From assembly GCA_002269645.1 (NCBI GenBank), contig NIVC01002271.1, positions 124,001 to 188,000 on the forward strand: a stretch of 64,000 nt of DNA, in the 5' to 3' direction. The stretch's first letter is position 1, and each line of letters starts with the position of its first letter. Positions 24,835 to 37,714 of this stretch are shown here, piece after piece. The notes under the pieces are model-generated. The model was not told where the DNA came from and searched no databases. It saw only the letters and a program-made list of their open reading frames with translations. The translations under genes and the position numbers were made by a program. This DNA is from Macrostomum lignano (Eukaryota).

Positions 24835-26940
24835 AGAGTCAGACAGTCCCAGGGGGAGAGGGTCAGATAGTCACTGGGGAGAGGGTCAGACAGTCACAGG
24901 GGAGAGGGTTAGACAGTCACAGGGGAGAGTGTCAGACAGTCACAGGAGAGAGGGTCAGACAGTCACAGGGGAGAGAGTTAGACACTCACAGGGGAGAGGG
25001 TTAGACAGTCACAGTGAGAGAGTTCACAGGGAGAGAGTTTACAGTGAGAGAGTTCACAGGGGAGAGGGTCAGACACTCACTGGGGAGAGGGGGTCAGACG
25101 TTCACAAGGGAGAGGGTCAGACAGTCACAGGGGAGAGGGTCAGACAGTCACAGGGGAGAGGGTCAGACAGTCACAGGGGAGAGGGTCAGACAGTCACAGG
25201 GGAGAGGGTTAGACAGTCACAGGGGAGAGGGTCAGACAGTCACAGGGGAGAGGGTTAGACAGTCACAGGAGAGAGGGTCAGACAGTCACAGGGGAGAGGG
25301 TTAGACAGTCATAGGGGAGAGGGTCAGACAGTCACAGGGGAGAGGGTCAGACAGTCACAGGGAGAGAGTTAGACAGTCACTGGGGAGAGGGTTAGACAGT
25401 CACAGGGGAGAGGGTCAGACAGTCACAGGGGAGAGGGTTAGACAGTCACAGGAGAGAGGGTCAGACAGTCACAGGAGAGAGGGTTAGACACTCACTGGGG
25501 AGAGAGCCATACAGTCACAGGGGAGAGAGTCAGAAACTCACTGGGGAGAGGGTCCGACAGTCACAAGGGAGAGAGTTAGACAGTCACAGGGAGAGAGTTA
25601 GCAGTCACAGGGAGAGAGTTAGACAGTCACAGGGAGAGAGTTAGCAGTCACAGGGAGAGAGTTAGACAGTCACAGGGAGAGAGTTAGACAGTCACAGGGA
25701 GAGAGTTAGCAGTCACAGGGAGAGAGTTAGACAGTCACAGGGAGAGAGTTAGACAGTCACTGGGAGAGAGTTAGACAGTCACTGGGGAGAGAGTCAGACA
25801 CTCACTGGGGAGAGAGTTAGCAGTCACAGGGAGAGAGTTAGACAGTCACAGGGAGAGAGTTAGACAGTCACAGGGAGAGAGTTAGACAGTCACTAGGGAG
25901 AGAATCAGACAGTCACAGGAGAGAGGGTCAGATAGTCACTGGGGAGAGGGTCAGACAGTCACAGGGGAGAGGGTCAGACAGTCACAGGGGGAGAGGGTCA
26001 GACACTCACTGGGGAGAGGGTTAGACACTCACAGGGGAGAGAGTTAGCAGTCACAGGGAGAGAGTTAGACACTCACAGGGGAGAGAGTTAGCAGTCACAG
26101 GGAGAGAGTTAGACACTCACAAGGAAGAGGGTTAGACAGTCACAGGGAGAGAGTTAGACAGTCACAGGGAGAGAGTCAGACACTCACTGAGGAGAGGGTC
26201 AGACACTCACTGGGGAGAGGGGGTGAGAAACTCGCTGGGGAGAGGGGTCAGACAGTCACAGGAGAGAGGGTCAGACAGTCATAGGGGAGAGGGTTAGACA
26301 GTCACAGGGGAGAGGGTCAGACAGTCACAGGGGGACAGGGTCAGACAGTCACAGGGGAGAGGGTCAGACAGTCACAGGGGAGAGGGTCAGACAGTCACAG
26401 GGGAGAGGGTCAGACAGTCACAAGGAAGAGGGTTAGACAGTCACAGGGAGAGAGTTAGACAGTCACAGGGAGAGGGTCAGACACTCACTGGGGAGAGGGG
26501 GTGAGAAACTCGCTGGGGAGAGGGTCAGACAGTCACAGGGGAGAGGGTCAGACAGTCACAGGGGAGAGGGTCAGACAGTCACAGGGGAGAGGGTCAGACA
26601 GTCACAGGGGAGAGGGTCAGACAGTCACAGGGGAGAGGGTCAGACAGTCACAGGGGAGAGGGTCAGACAGTCACAGGGGAGAGGGTCAGACAGTCACAAG
26701 GAAGAGGGTTAGACAGTCACAGGGAGAGAGTTAGACAGTCACAGGGAGAGGGTCAGACACTCACTGGGGAGAGGGGGTGAGAAACTCGCTGGGGAGAGGG
26801 TCAGACAGTCACAGGGGAGAGGGTCAGACAGTCACAGGGGAGAGGGTTAGGCAGTCACAGGGGAGAGGGTCAGACAGTCACAGGGGAGAGGGTCAGACAG
26901 TCACAGGAGAGAGGGTCAGACAGTCACAGGGGGACAGGGT
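24835..26940. repeat. ~23-bp minisatellite (AGGGTCAGACAGTCACAGGGGAG)n, ~2.1 kb
   Basis: Period 22-23 with variant blocks. Confidence 0.95.
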
Positions 26941-27319
26941 CTATCCGTTTAACTGTTTCTAGTGAGTGAAAGGTGAACTAAGTCCAGATATTGTGAACTG
27001 CCATGTGACCGGGTTCAAGACAAGGACACACAACTTCGGGGCAGAGTCAGATAAATAATTAAAAGGAGCAGCTTATAATTCAATTAATCAACGAATCAGT
27101 TAACATCGAATCGTGAGCGGCTTTAAATTATTTATTTGCGAATCAATTATTTATTACTTTGGAAGTTCAGAGGGATGTGTGTGACCCATGTAGATTTCTG
27201 TGGAGTGGCTGAAGGCCCAAAACAAGAGTTGCCTGGTTTGGCTGACTTCGTCTCGGTAAAGGAGTTTAGATTGTAGGTCTGTGTAGAGACAGCAGGTGTA
27301 CTTGTAATAGCGATTGGGA

Positions 27320-27560
27320 GTATTAGAGAGGGGGAGTAAGAGAAAATGAGAGTTTGAGAGAGAGAGAGAGAGAGAGAGAGTGAGAGTAAGATAGAGAGAA
27401 TGAGGGAGTGAGAGTGAGTGAGACAGAGAGTGAGAATGATAGAGAGGGGGTGTGAGAGAGGGAGATAAAGGGAGTGAGTGAGAGTAAGTGAGAGTAGGTG
27501 AGAAAGAGAGTAAGAGTGAGAGAGAGAGTGAATGAGAGTAACTGAGAGTGAGAGAGAGGG
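27320..27560. repeat. Degenerate (GA)n microsatellite
   Basis: Purine-rich GAGA/GTGA tract. Confidence 0.9.
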
Positions 27561-27636
27561 AATTAGCTGGAATGAGAGTGAGATGGAGTTACATAGTAAG
27601 AGAGTCAGAGTCAGGGACTAATAAAGCCAGGGAGCC

Positions 27637-28055
27637 ATGGAGTCAGAGACTCAGTGAGTCAGAGACTCAGAGAGTCAGAGACTCAGAGAGTCAGAGACTC
27701 AGAGAGTCAGAGACTCAGAGAGTCAGAGACTCAGAGAGTCAGAGACTCAGAGAGTCAGAGACTCAGAGAGTCAGAGACTCAGAGAGTCAGAGACTCAGAG
27801 AGTCAGAGACTCAGAGAGTCAGAGACTCAGAGAGTCAGAGACTCAGAGAGTCAGAGACTCAGAGAGTCAGAGACTCAGAGAGTCAGAGACTCAGAGAGTC
27901 AGAGACTCAGAGAGTCAGAGACTCAGAGAGTCAGAGACTCAGAGAGTCAGAGACTCAGAGAGTCAGAGACTCAGAGAGTCAGAGACTCAGAGAGTCAGAG
28001 ACTCAGAGAGTCAGAGACTCAGAGAGTCAGAGACTCAGAGACTCAGAAACTCAGA
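27637..28055. repeat. 16-bp minisatellite (AGAGACTCAGAGAGTC)n
   Basis: Perfect period-16 array; each unit contains both GAGTC and its reverse complement GACTC. Confidence 0.97.
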
Positions 28056-28654
28056 GAGGGTCGTGAGCTGTCTCAATGCGCACATGAGCTGAGCTTCATT
28101 GATTAGTAAAACTCACCTGCAGTATTGTACTCGTACAAGCCAACGGAACTCAAGGCAAAGCTGAGAAAAGCAGTCTAAATTATATAATCGATCCGTAAAA
28201 GCTGTTCAAAATTAAACACCAAAGACGAAGATATTATTTCAATTAACTGGCTACTGTTGTGTCTTAAAACAGGAGTATTCAAACTGCAGCTCAGTCTGTA
28301 CGTACCTCTTTAAGTCTCAAGCTCTGACAGCACAGTACAGTGCAATGCACACCTGCAGTTGTTGCATATTTAGCTCATGCTTATATAAAATCGCGAGAGC
28401 TAAACTTCTAGCTATCTAAATAGCCAGTCACCAACCTCACTCCCTCAACCAGTAGGAAAAGACAGGCCTTAAGAGAGAGATTGAGAGACCTGGCGAAAGA
28501 CGATTCTAGAGAAAAATGGTTAGACCATTTCGGTTTATATTAAGCTCTTTTCATACGGAGTTCCAAAAAATTGAGTCACGTTGCAACTGCTTTAAAATCG
28601 ATTTTCCTTAAATATATACATATAAAAGTCTAAGAATCATTGTATTTTATAGGC

Positions 28655-29660
28655 ATGACGGCACACGCAGACCACTCAGTGACACCTGGTGGAGGCACAT
28701 GCAGACCACTTAGTGACACCTGGTGATGGCACACGCAGACCACTCAGTGACACCTAGTGGAGGCACATGCAGACCACTTAGTGACACCTGGTGGAGGCAC
28801 ATGCAGACCACTCAGTGACACTTAGTGGAGGCACATGCAGACCACTCAGTGACACCTGGTGGAGGCACACGCAGACCACTCAGTGACACCTGGTGGAGGC
28901 ACACGCAGACCACTCAGTGACACCTGGTGGAGGCACATGCAGACCACTCAGTGACACCTGGTGGAGGCAAACGCAGACCACTCAGTGACACCTGGTGGAG
29001 GCACATGCAGACCACTCAGTGACACCTGGTGGAGGCACATGCAGACCACTCAGTGACACCTGGTGGAGGCACATGCAGACCACTCAGTGACACCTGGTGG
29101 AGGCACATGCAGACCACTCAGTGACACCTGGTGGAGGCACATGCAGACCACTCAGTGACACCTGGTGAAGGCACATGCAGACCACTCAGTGACACCTGGT
29201 GGAGGCACACGCAGAACACTAAGTGACATCTGGTGGAGGCACACGCAGACTACTCAGTGACACCTGGTGGTGGCACACGCAGACCACTTAGTGACACCTG
29301 GTGGAGGCACACGCAGACCACTCAGTGACATCTGGTTGAGGCACATGCAGACCACTCAGTGACACCTGGTGGAGGCACACGCAGAACACTAAGTGACATC
29401 TGGTGGAGGCACACGCAGACCACTCAGTGACACCTGGTGGTGGCACACGCAGACCACTTAGTGACACCTGGTGGAGGCAAACGCAGACCACTCAGTGACA
29501 TCTGGTTGAGGCACATGCAGACCACTCAGTGATACCTGGTGGAGGCACACGCAGACCACTCAGTGACACCTGGTGGAGGCACACGCAGACCACTCAGTGA
29601 CACCTGGTGGAGGCACATATGCAGACCACTCAGTGACACCTGGTGGAGGCACACGCAGAA
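28655..29660. repeat. 34-bp minisatellite (GCAGACCACTCAGTGACACCTGGTGGAGGCACAT)n
   Basis: About 29 copies with variants. Units are directly adjacent with no unique spacers, so this is not CRISPR. Confidence 0.95.
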
Positions 29661-30415
29661 CACAGTGGCATCCACAGCACAGCGCCTCAGACAGGACGCC
29701 TAAATGCTCCGAGTGCGATCCCTCACTGCACTTTCATGCTGACTCTTCATCGCACCTTAAAGCATGGCTCACATTTGAGAAGCAATACAAGAACAATCTG
29801 TGTGAGAATTAAATATAATTGATTGCTTTGGTTTGCAATATATTTTGAGAGCTGCAGGCTCTAGTGGCCGCTCATTCAAAGACGTTTCTGCTTGAACTGA
29901 CAGCATACACACACAGACACACAGGGACACACAGGCGGTGGCGTTGCGCCTGGATGGCCCAAGCCTCCTGGCGATTTTAATGGAATGGTATTGTAATTTT
30001 TACTATAGGTAGTCAATCTAAAATACTTTTCAAAATGTTACGCAAGATAAATCTGAAAGGTCAGCTTCTTCTAGTCAGTCTCCATGGCAACGCAAACGCT
30101 TCCGTTGCAAGCGGACGTCACAGCGACAGTCGCAGACTTGTAAGCGTTGCGCCAAATTTCTATGAAACAGCAGGCAGAATGAAATCGAAAGAAGATTAGC
30201 AGAGGCGAGCATGAGTAGGCGACTATGTTGGTTGCTATGGGCGAATAGGCCTGATTGTAGCTGGGCAGTGCGGCGATCTCGCGAGTCTCCAGCGTGTACA
30301 CAATCCACAGGGCGGCGTTGCCTAGCAACAGAGCTGCGATGGAGTCGCGACCGGGTTTTAATTTCATCGCTTTCGATGTTAGACAGCGCCTGTGCTCGAG
30401 TTCGAATATTAGAAA

Positions 30416-30578
30416 TGTAAGATGATTTGTTTAGTTGATTGCATGTACGCAAGTTTACTAGCCCGTATGTACATTTGCTCGCTGTACAATCATAATATAT
30501 AAGTGAGTGCTTGGCGCCCTGGGCAGCCAAGAGTCGGTCTACGCCTTAAGCCTATTTTCGTCTTGGCTTGTTCTTACA
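30416..30578 (+). repeat. 5' LTR (~163 bp)
   Basis: Begins TGTAAGA and ends TCTTACA (7-bp inverted termini); contains a TATATAA-like box; PBS follows after 1 nt. Confidence 0.8.
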
Positions 30579-30579
30579 T

Positions 30580-30591
30580 TGGTGGCAGCGG
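30580..30591 (+). promoter_or_regulatory. Primer-binding site TGGTGGCAGCGG
   Basis: TGG-starting motif directly after the LTR-terminal CA and just before the gag ATG at 30597. Confidence 0.7.
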
Positions 30592-30596
30592 CGGCT

Positions 30597-31502
30597 ATGA
30601 CTGAAAATGAAGGCAGTGCAGAGAGCCCTGCAGTGGCGGTGACTCAGCCCCAAGCTAGTTTTGTCAACATGTTTTTGCGGCCGCCTCAATACCAGCATGG
30701 ACAAGACTTTGAACTTTGGCTGGCGCGATTCAACAATTTCGCATCATCTCTTCCTGTGGATCAGCGCAAGAATGCTCTGCTGTCATTCCTCGACGACAAA
30801 TCATATCAAGCGGCCAGCAATTTGGATGCTGCCCTGTCCTACGACGACTTTGAGAAGGCTCTGAAAAATCGATTTCGGCCATCAACATCCTCTGCTGAGC
30901 TGCAGGCGCAGTTCTTCAATCTGACTCAAAAGGACGGTCAGTCGGTTGCAGACTATTCCGATGCCCTGATCGTTGCGGCAAAACGCGCTTTCCCGAGTCT
31001 GATGGACACGAAAGCAGGTGCCGAGCAGGAGAAGTCGGTGACAGCGAAGGACGAGCTGCTCAAAGGTCGGTTTCTATCCGGATTGAGGGACCCAGCTGTG
31101 CGAATGCAGACGCAGATGCAGCCAAAGGCGACATTCGCTGATACAGTGGAAACAGCGCGATTCGTGGAATCGATCCAGTCGCAAGGAGGCACCGCTACGG
31201 CTCTAGCTGCTGAGATTCCCGAAGCCTTTGCAGTCGGAATTCAACGGTCTCTGAAGGAGCGGTCCAACAAGCTCAGCCGCTGGGAGTCAAAGGAACAGGA
31301 TCATCGTCAGAGCGGCGACAGACGCAGAGTCGTGACATGCTGGAAGTGCGGTAAGCCGGGCCATGTTCAAAGATTTTGCACTCAGAAGTCGGGAAACTTC
31401 GATGGAGCGGCGACCGCTGGGGTGCCGTTCCGCAAGCGAGAATCCCGGCGCAACCAGTCGTGGAGGTGTCCTGCTCAGCCACTGGTGCCAACATGCTGGT
31501 AA
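30597..31502 (+). CDS. gag: Gypsy Gag
   Basis: PPQYQHGQDFELWLARF capsid-like start; zinc knuckle CWKCGKPGHVQRFC. Confidence 0.88.
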   Translation: MTENEGSAESPAVAVTQPQASFVNMFLRPPQYQHGQDFELWLARFNNFASSLPVDQRKNALLSFLDDKSYQAASNLDAALSYDDFEKALKNRFRPSTSSAELQAQFFNLTQKDGQSVADYSDALIVAAKRAFPSLMDTKAGAEQEKSVTAKDELLKGRFLSGLRDPAVRMQTQMQPKATFADTVETARFVESIQSQGGTATALAAEIPEAFAVGIQRSLKERSNKLSRWESKEQDHRQSGDRRRVVTCWKCGKPGHVQRFCTQKSGNFDGAATAGVPFRKRESRRNQSWRCPAQPLVPTCW

Positions 31503-34500
31503 ACTGTCGCATCCTGCCAATGTGTGTCCCTGCCAGCTGTCTAGTTGACACTGGGTGTTCCCAGTCTTTGATGTCAAGCTCCCTATTTCGCAAGCTGAAT
31601 GAGAGGCTCCTGCCTTTGACGACTCCGGTGCAGTTAAAGCTGGCAGACGGTAACTATTTGGCTGCCTGTGGTTGGCAGGAAGTGAAGCTAAGTTTCGGTG
31701 TGGCAACGGTTCGACAAAGAGTTTTAGTTGTGGACAATCTGGCCAAGGATTTTTTGCTGGGTGCAGATTTCCTGGCAAACTGTGGCTGCGTCATCGACTG
31801 CCATCGCCAAACGCTTACTGTGTGCGGTCAGCAAGTAAAAATGGAGTCATCGGCAGCCAGTAGCTGTGTATTCGCCGTTGAGGTAGCAGACAGGACAACC
31901 GTGCCCGCTGGTCACGAAATCGTTTTCCCAGCGAGATTGGTAAGTGGGTCAGATGCAGCTGTTGATGGTGAGTGCGGCATCTTTGAGCCTGACAATTCGA
32001 AGGACATCTCCACGGTCATGTGTGGAGCGCGCAGCCTCTCGTTGTTGCGAGGAGGACTCATCGCCGTTCACTATGTCAATACGGACACCAAGCCGCATAC
32101 ATTTTACCCCGGAACAAGACTGGGGACTTTTGAGCCGATGTCAGATGGTGCCGATGCAGAGTTGTCAATGCAAGTTGAGACAATGAAAGGTCAAATCGCT
32201 GAGAATTCACCGAATGTGTACATTGATGAAAAAAATCTGACAGCCAATCAAGTTCAGTGTATCAAAGATCTGCATCAGTACCAGGATGTGTTCTCGAAAA
32301 GTCCAAACGACCTGGGCTGCACTTCACTCCTTGACCACAAAATTGACACCGGGTCGGCGAAACCCATCAGAGTGCCTCCTCGTCGATTGTCGCCGCCGAA
32401 CCAGCGAGCTGTGTCAGAGATGGTCGAGCAGATGGTGCGAGGCGACATCGTAGAACCTTCGAATTTTCCGTGGTCGAGCCCTGTTATTCTGGTGAAGAAG
32501 AAGGACGGCAGTTTGCGCTTCGTGAACGACTTCAGACTGCTCAACTCCGTGACCGTCAAAGACAGTCATCCACTGCCTCACACCAGCGATCTGATCGATG
32601 CTCTCGCAGGATCCACAATGTTCTCAACGCTCGACTTCACTAGCGGGTACACCCAGGTGATGCTGGACTCAGAGAGTCGCACAAAAACAGCATTTCCTGC
32701 GCCACAGGGATTATTCCAGTACAAGAGACTACCGCAATGTGTGTGCAATGGTCCTGCCACGTTTTCAAGGCTGATGGAACTCGTTCTGAAGGGCCTCCGA
32801 TGGGAAGTGTGCCTGTCATTTTTTGACGACGTTGTCATCTTTTCGACAGGATTCGAAGAGCATCTGCGGCGTCTTGAGCTTGTGTTGCAGAAATTCAGAA
32901 CCGCTAACCTGAAGATGAAGCCAACCAAGTGCCACCTGTGCTATCAGGAAATCTCATTTCTAGGCTTTCGAGTCTCAAAAGATGGCGTGACCACTGACCC
33001 GGACAAGGTGAAAGCAGTGCAGGAGTGGCCAACGCCCGAAGATCGTTCAGAAGTGCGACAATTCCTGGGATTGTGTGGCTACTATCGTCGTTTTGTTAAA
33101 AAAACTACAGTGAGATTGCTGAACCGCTGTACAAGCTAACGCAAAAGGACGTGACCTTCCGCTGGACTCTCGAATGCTCAGCAGCATTTAATCGCCTAAA
33201 GCAGTGCCTTACTTCCAGCCCAGTCCTCATCATGCCGACATTCGCAGAAGACGCTGAGTTTGTGCTGGATACCGATGCCTCTGGCGTGGCCATCTCCGGA
33301 GTTCTTCAAGAGCGCCGTGGTGGCAGGACGCAGGTGGTGGCGTACGGCAGTCGCATTTTGTCCAAAGCAGAGAGAAACTACTGCACAACGAGGCGTGAGC
33401 TGCTGGCAATTGTGCACTTCGTCGGTCACAATCGCAGCTACTTGTTAGGAAAAAGATTCACACTGCGTACTGATCACGCCTCGCTGATCCATCTTCTGCG
33501 CTTTCGAGATCCCGATGGTCAGCTGGCACGGTGGCTGGATAAGCTAAGCGAATTCGACTACCAGACGGAGTACCGCAAGGGCGAGAAACATGGAAATGCA
33601 GACGCACTTAGTTGGCGACCGTGTCGAAAAGGACCTTGCCTGTGCAGTGGCTCGGCGCTCGCTGTCGAGTTCAATGACGACAACGCGATTCGACGAGCAC
33701 AGGCAGAGGATCGGTGCATGCAGCAGCTGCCGAACTGCTTGCGAAATGGTCAACCACCGGACAAGGCAGAGACGGACGGCTGGAGCAATCGGCAGCGGCA
33801 ACTGCTGTCCGAGTTTAAGCGGCTGACACTGGTGAACGGACTGCTGTGCCGCCGATGGGAATCCGAAGACGGCAGCGCCTTTTGTCAGCAGTTGCTGGTG
33901 CCAGAGAGTCTACAGCGCTATGTTTTTGTCGAAGCTCATGCTGGAACGAGCGGCAGCCACTGCGGACCGCAGAAGACCATTGACAGCAGATGTGACTGAC
34001 TGATGTGCTGCATGCCTCGAATGCGCGACACTGAAGGATTCTGGCCAGCACAGACGGGCACCTCTACAGAGCATGGCGGTCGGCAGCGTTGGCCAGCGAC
34101 TGGAAATGGACTTCATGGTGGGCCTGCCGAGGACCGAACGTGGAAATTCAGTCATCCTGGTAGTCATCGACACTTCAGCAAGTGGACTGAGGCCTTTCCA
34201 CTGCCGTCTCAAGACGCTGAGACCACAGCCCGGACGTTTTTCAACGAGTGGGTGGCTCGCTTTGGAGTCCCGCAGTCGGTGCACACCGACCAGAGTCGGA
34301 ACTGGGAGCCGCAGCTGTTTCAAGAGACGATGCGGCTGCTGAAAATTGACAAGACTCGGACGACAGGCTACCACCCTGAAGGAGATGGCGGTTGCGAACG
34401 GATGAACCGGACACTGGTGCAGCTGCTGCGAGCATGGGGGAACGACAATCAGCGAGACTGGGATCTTCATCTGCAGATTGCACTGATGGGCTACCGCACT

Positions 34501-35187
34501 TCAGTCCACAAGTCGACTAGTCAGACACCTTCGGCGATGCATTTCGGCCGGGAACTGCGACTACCACTGGACTTGGCGTACGGAGGTCTGGCGCCGGATA
34601 GGCAACGTCCTTGTGAATGGGTGGCCGAGCTGCGGAGCCGGCTGCAGACATCGCACGAGAGGGCGCGACAAAACTTGGAGGCAGCGCAACTGCACCAGAA
34701 GGCAGCGTACGACAGGAGGTGCCACGGGGAGGCATTTAGCGAGGACGATCTGGTCTGGCTGCACAATCCGGCGCTGAAGCGAGGCGAGAGCCGAAAATTT
34801 CATCGATGGTGGACTGGGCCATGGCGCGTTAAAAAGCAGATCTCAGACGTCACCTACCGCATTCAGCACGAGGCCAATGCACGACGGCGAAGGGTGGTGC
34901 ATTTCAATCGCCTGAAGCCATGCAACACGGCCAGTCCAGCTGCAGCACCTCAATTGCAACCAGCGGCGCAACTGCACAATCCTGACGAGGACGACCTGAG
35001 ATTTGACGGCGTCCCAGCCGGCGCCCCAGCCGGCGCCCCGGTCGGCGCCCCTGCTGATGTTCAAGCGCATCCAGAACAGCCTGTATTGCTTCGTAGTGAG
35101 AGGGCCCGTGCCCCGCCAGAATTTTTTGGTGAAGTGTACCGTATACTCATTGAATGCAGATTTTCTCAGATTTTTTTGAAACATTGA
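31376..35187 (+). pseudogene. pol: Gypsy Pol (protease, RT, RNase H, integrase), interrupted
   Basis: PR LVDTGCS; RT WSSPVILVKKKDGSLRF and FFDD; RH FVLDTDASG and ERNYCTTRRELLA; IN FSKWTEAFP, HTDQSRNW and YHPEGDGGCERMNRTL. Frameshift in an A-run at ~33100, a deletion and stop in the integrase zinc-finger region (~33990-34005), and a frameshift ~34170. Confidence 0.92.
31391..31431 (+). promoter_or_regulatory. Programmed -1 ribosomal frameshift signal (gag-pol)
   Basis: Slippery heptamer G GGA AAC in the gag frame (31391-31397), a 6-nt spacer, then the stem GGAGCGGC/GCCGTTCC. The pol ORF is in the -1 frame relative to gag. Confidence 0.8.
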
Positions 35188-35967
35188 AATTGCTTAAGTT
35201 AATTTTAATTTCCAATTTTATTTCACTCAAATATTTATTCGTTCAAATATTCGATCAGAATTCGTCGAACTCATACTCGAAACCTTTTCAAACATTAACT
35301 AAAAATGTAGAAAGTGAGTGGAAAACTTTTTTTAAAGAAGGAGAGCCCGTGCACCTGCTGGGTCATCTGGCGCATCCTGACGAAGGCAATGATGCACAGA
35401 ATTAAACATGCCGATAGCAGGATCAAATCCGTGATCTGATAGATCAGCTGAATTGTGTCGGGTTTGCTGGACATGTCATTAACATAGATGGTAAAGTAGA
35501 TCCCGGATGCAAGGCCAAAGGCGAGCAGAACTCGCAGTCCAGCAGTCCAGCTTTGACGGCTCAATTGTCCGTTGAATCTTGGACAGCCGGCGCCCGCTAG
35601 TGAGGAAGTGGGCCAGGCGACCAATGTTTCGGCGCATTGCATAGGCGCTGGTGGCAGCCATCAGAGCGTACTCGATCGTAAACGGCAGCAGGTACGGCGC
35701 CATCCTCCAGAAGGCGTCCTTGGAGCAGATGCTGGTCACCGAGCTGGTGACATTGGCTGTCCCCGACGCCGAGTAAGTGAGAGTCGACACTGACGAACCG
35801 CGCTGACCAGAGTCAGCTCGGTGGCGCCGCTCGAAGCCAGCAACTTCTGGGCGGCTTTGGCGGCACTGTGACTGGTTTCCATGAGGGTTGCCTGGAACCA
35901 GTCGCACAGATTCGCGGCCAGGAGATGGGCGAAACCCATTGAGCAACTCTGCGGCATGTTAGAGGGA

Positions 35968-36750
<783 letters not shown>

Positions 36751-37714
36751 CACTCACAGCCATGCAGACATTGATCGAGGCCTTGCTATACTTCAGCACC
36801 AGGCCAGTCTGGAGCAGTGTAAAGCAGATGCTCAGCGAATACTGGCTAATCTGGCCGGCCGACTCGGACACGCTTTCAGAGCACCCGCCGACAATGTCCA
36901 TGAGCGTGTCCATGATCATCAACGCCTCGTCGGTGACCTACAGCGCGCCGAAAATACCGCAGGCGATTCGCACGAAAAATGAAATCGATTGAGACTCCTC
37001 GGGAGGCAGCTCGGCGCAGGATGCGACCGGAACTGCCCGACCACTGCGTCTGCGGCGCCACGACTCGCTTCCGGTCGGCTCCGGAACGTCGGCTGAAGCA
37101 GCAGCTGGGTTCTGAAATACATTTGCAAATCTAAGCTCTTCAGTGTCTGACGAGTACAGCAAATTCTGTGTGCCAGCGTCATAAAACTGTCAAGCTTCGT
37201 CAGGGACACCAGTCAATTTCAAGCCATCCGCCAACACCGAGTGCGTGAGATCCCCGTTCCCCAGGTACGCCCGACTTTGCTCCTGGATGGTGGGATCCCA
37301 GCTCCCCAGGTACTCGTACGCCCGACTTTTTGACCGTCTTTTGACGCCTTGATCAGTTCATTTGCACTGCTAGAATTTTTGTTAGCTACTCATTGTTTTT
37401 CACTTATTTTTCTATTTTTTATTTCGCTTTGGAGGTCTCAGGGCCCATTGCACAGTTTACATTTATGCTCTCTTTAGCCATCCGTCTGCAGCCCTTAAAG
37501 CCTGTGACTCATTTTTAATTTACATTCAGTGCTCACGGCTTTACGCGTACACTGGGTTTCAATATTCTCTGCCTCTCAACATTTCTGCATTTATTAACGT
37601 CCGGCTTTTAATACATGTCAGTTGTTACTAGTACCAGCAAGCTGTACTTTTAATTTTGGCTGTACTTTTTACCGTGTCCGCGCTTCTGTGAAAAAAGGTG
37701 CACCAAACTCGCCC

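Larger units (their letters stand above)
30416..35140 (+). mobile_element. Ty3/Gypsy LTR retrotransposon, degenerate, lacking its 3' LTR
   Basis: 5' LTR, PBS, gag with a CCHC knuckle and pol in PR-RT-RH-IN order. The sequence switches to unrelated AT-rich DNA right after the integrase tail RSERARAPPEFF. Confidence 0.93.

Noticed and set aside
28306-28352. Third exon for the putative 27-28 kb transcript
   Set aside because: The 47-nt segment has a stop codon in the frame needed to join the next exon.
28655-29660. CRISPR-like appearance of 31-35-bp partly palindromic repeats (also 54775-55295 and 63268-64000)
   Set aside because: Units are contiguous with no unique spacers, there are no cas genes, and the context is eukaryotic.
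33095-33110. A second programmed frameshift in Gypsy pol at the A-run
   Set aside because: It falls inside the conserved RT-RNase H connection (FVKNYSEIAEPL), which is normally continuous; more likely a mutation or homopolymer error.
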